This document shows, piece after piece, positions 63,966 to 64,000 of a DNA stretch of 64,000 nucleotides. The DNA lies in NCBI GenBank assembly GCA_026770705.1, contig JANJGN010000023.1, positions 37,944,001 to 38,008,000 on the forward strand. The letters are read 5' to 3'. The position numbers and the translations under genes are program-made. Every line of letters starts with the position of its first letter. Position 1 is the first letter of the stretch. The DNA is from Isurus oxyrinchus (taxonomy: Eukaryota). The notes below the pieces were generated by a model, which had not been told where the DNA came from, searched no databases, and was given only the letters and a program-made list of their open reading frames with translations.

Positions 63966-64000
63966 TGTATTTCATATATCACTGTCTTGAATACTGACAA

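Noticed and set aside
52289-64000. Next LRRC37-like exon
   Set aside because: Candidate acceptors (~53477, ~53758, ~61849) lead to stops or non-LRR peptides; none is supported.
1-64000. CRISPR arrays, prokaryotic operons, rRNA
   Set aside because: No regularly spaced repeats, operon-like gene density or rRNA-like sequence seen; the window is vertebrate intronic DNA.

Overview
Eukaryotic, repeat-dense vertebrate DNA, most likely from a cartilaginous fish (inferred from DeuSINE/SacSINE1-like SINEs and esterase-ORF1 CR1 LINEs). The only host gene I can support is the 5' part of an LRRC37-like leucine-rich-repeat receptor on the + strand. It has six GT-AG coding exons joined in phase 2 (809-1026, 39620-39691, 43825-43896, 45331-45402, 51609-51689, 52217-52288). 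They splice into one open frame of about 196 aa: signal peptide, LRRNT cap and 5 LRRs. I found no further exon in the window. The introns, including a 38.6-kb intron 1, are filled with nested transposons. These are a full-length decayed Gmr1-type Gypsy LTR element (integrase before RT), two full-length PIF/Harbinger elements with Myb/SANT and DDE genes, Harbinger MITEs, CR1 and RTE LINEs, and two SINE families. There is also a young Neptune-type Penelope-like element (PLE) with an inverted pLTR and a 14-bp TSD. The PLE repeats carry minimal hammerhead-ribozyme motifs, and one family has a non-canonical CUGUCGA core. Several 50-300-bp micro-PLE insertions have breakpoints clustered at the hammerhead. 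Most ORFs in the supplied track are TE fragments or spurious. Boundaries of old repeats are approximate, and no alignments or database searches were run.
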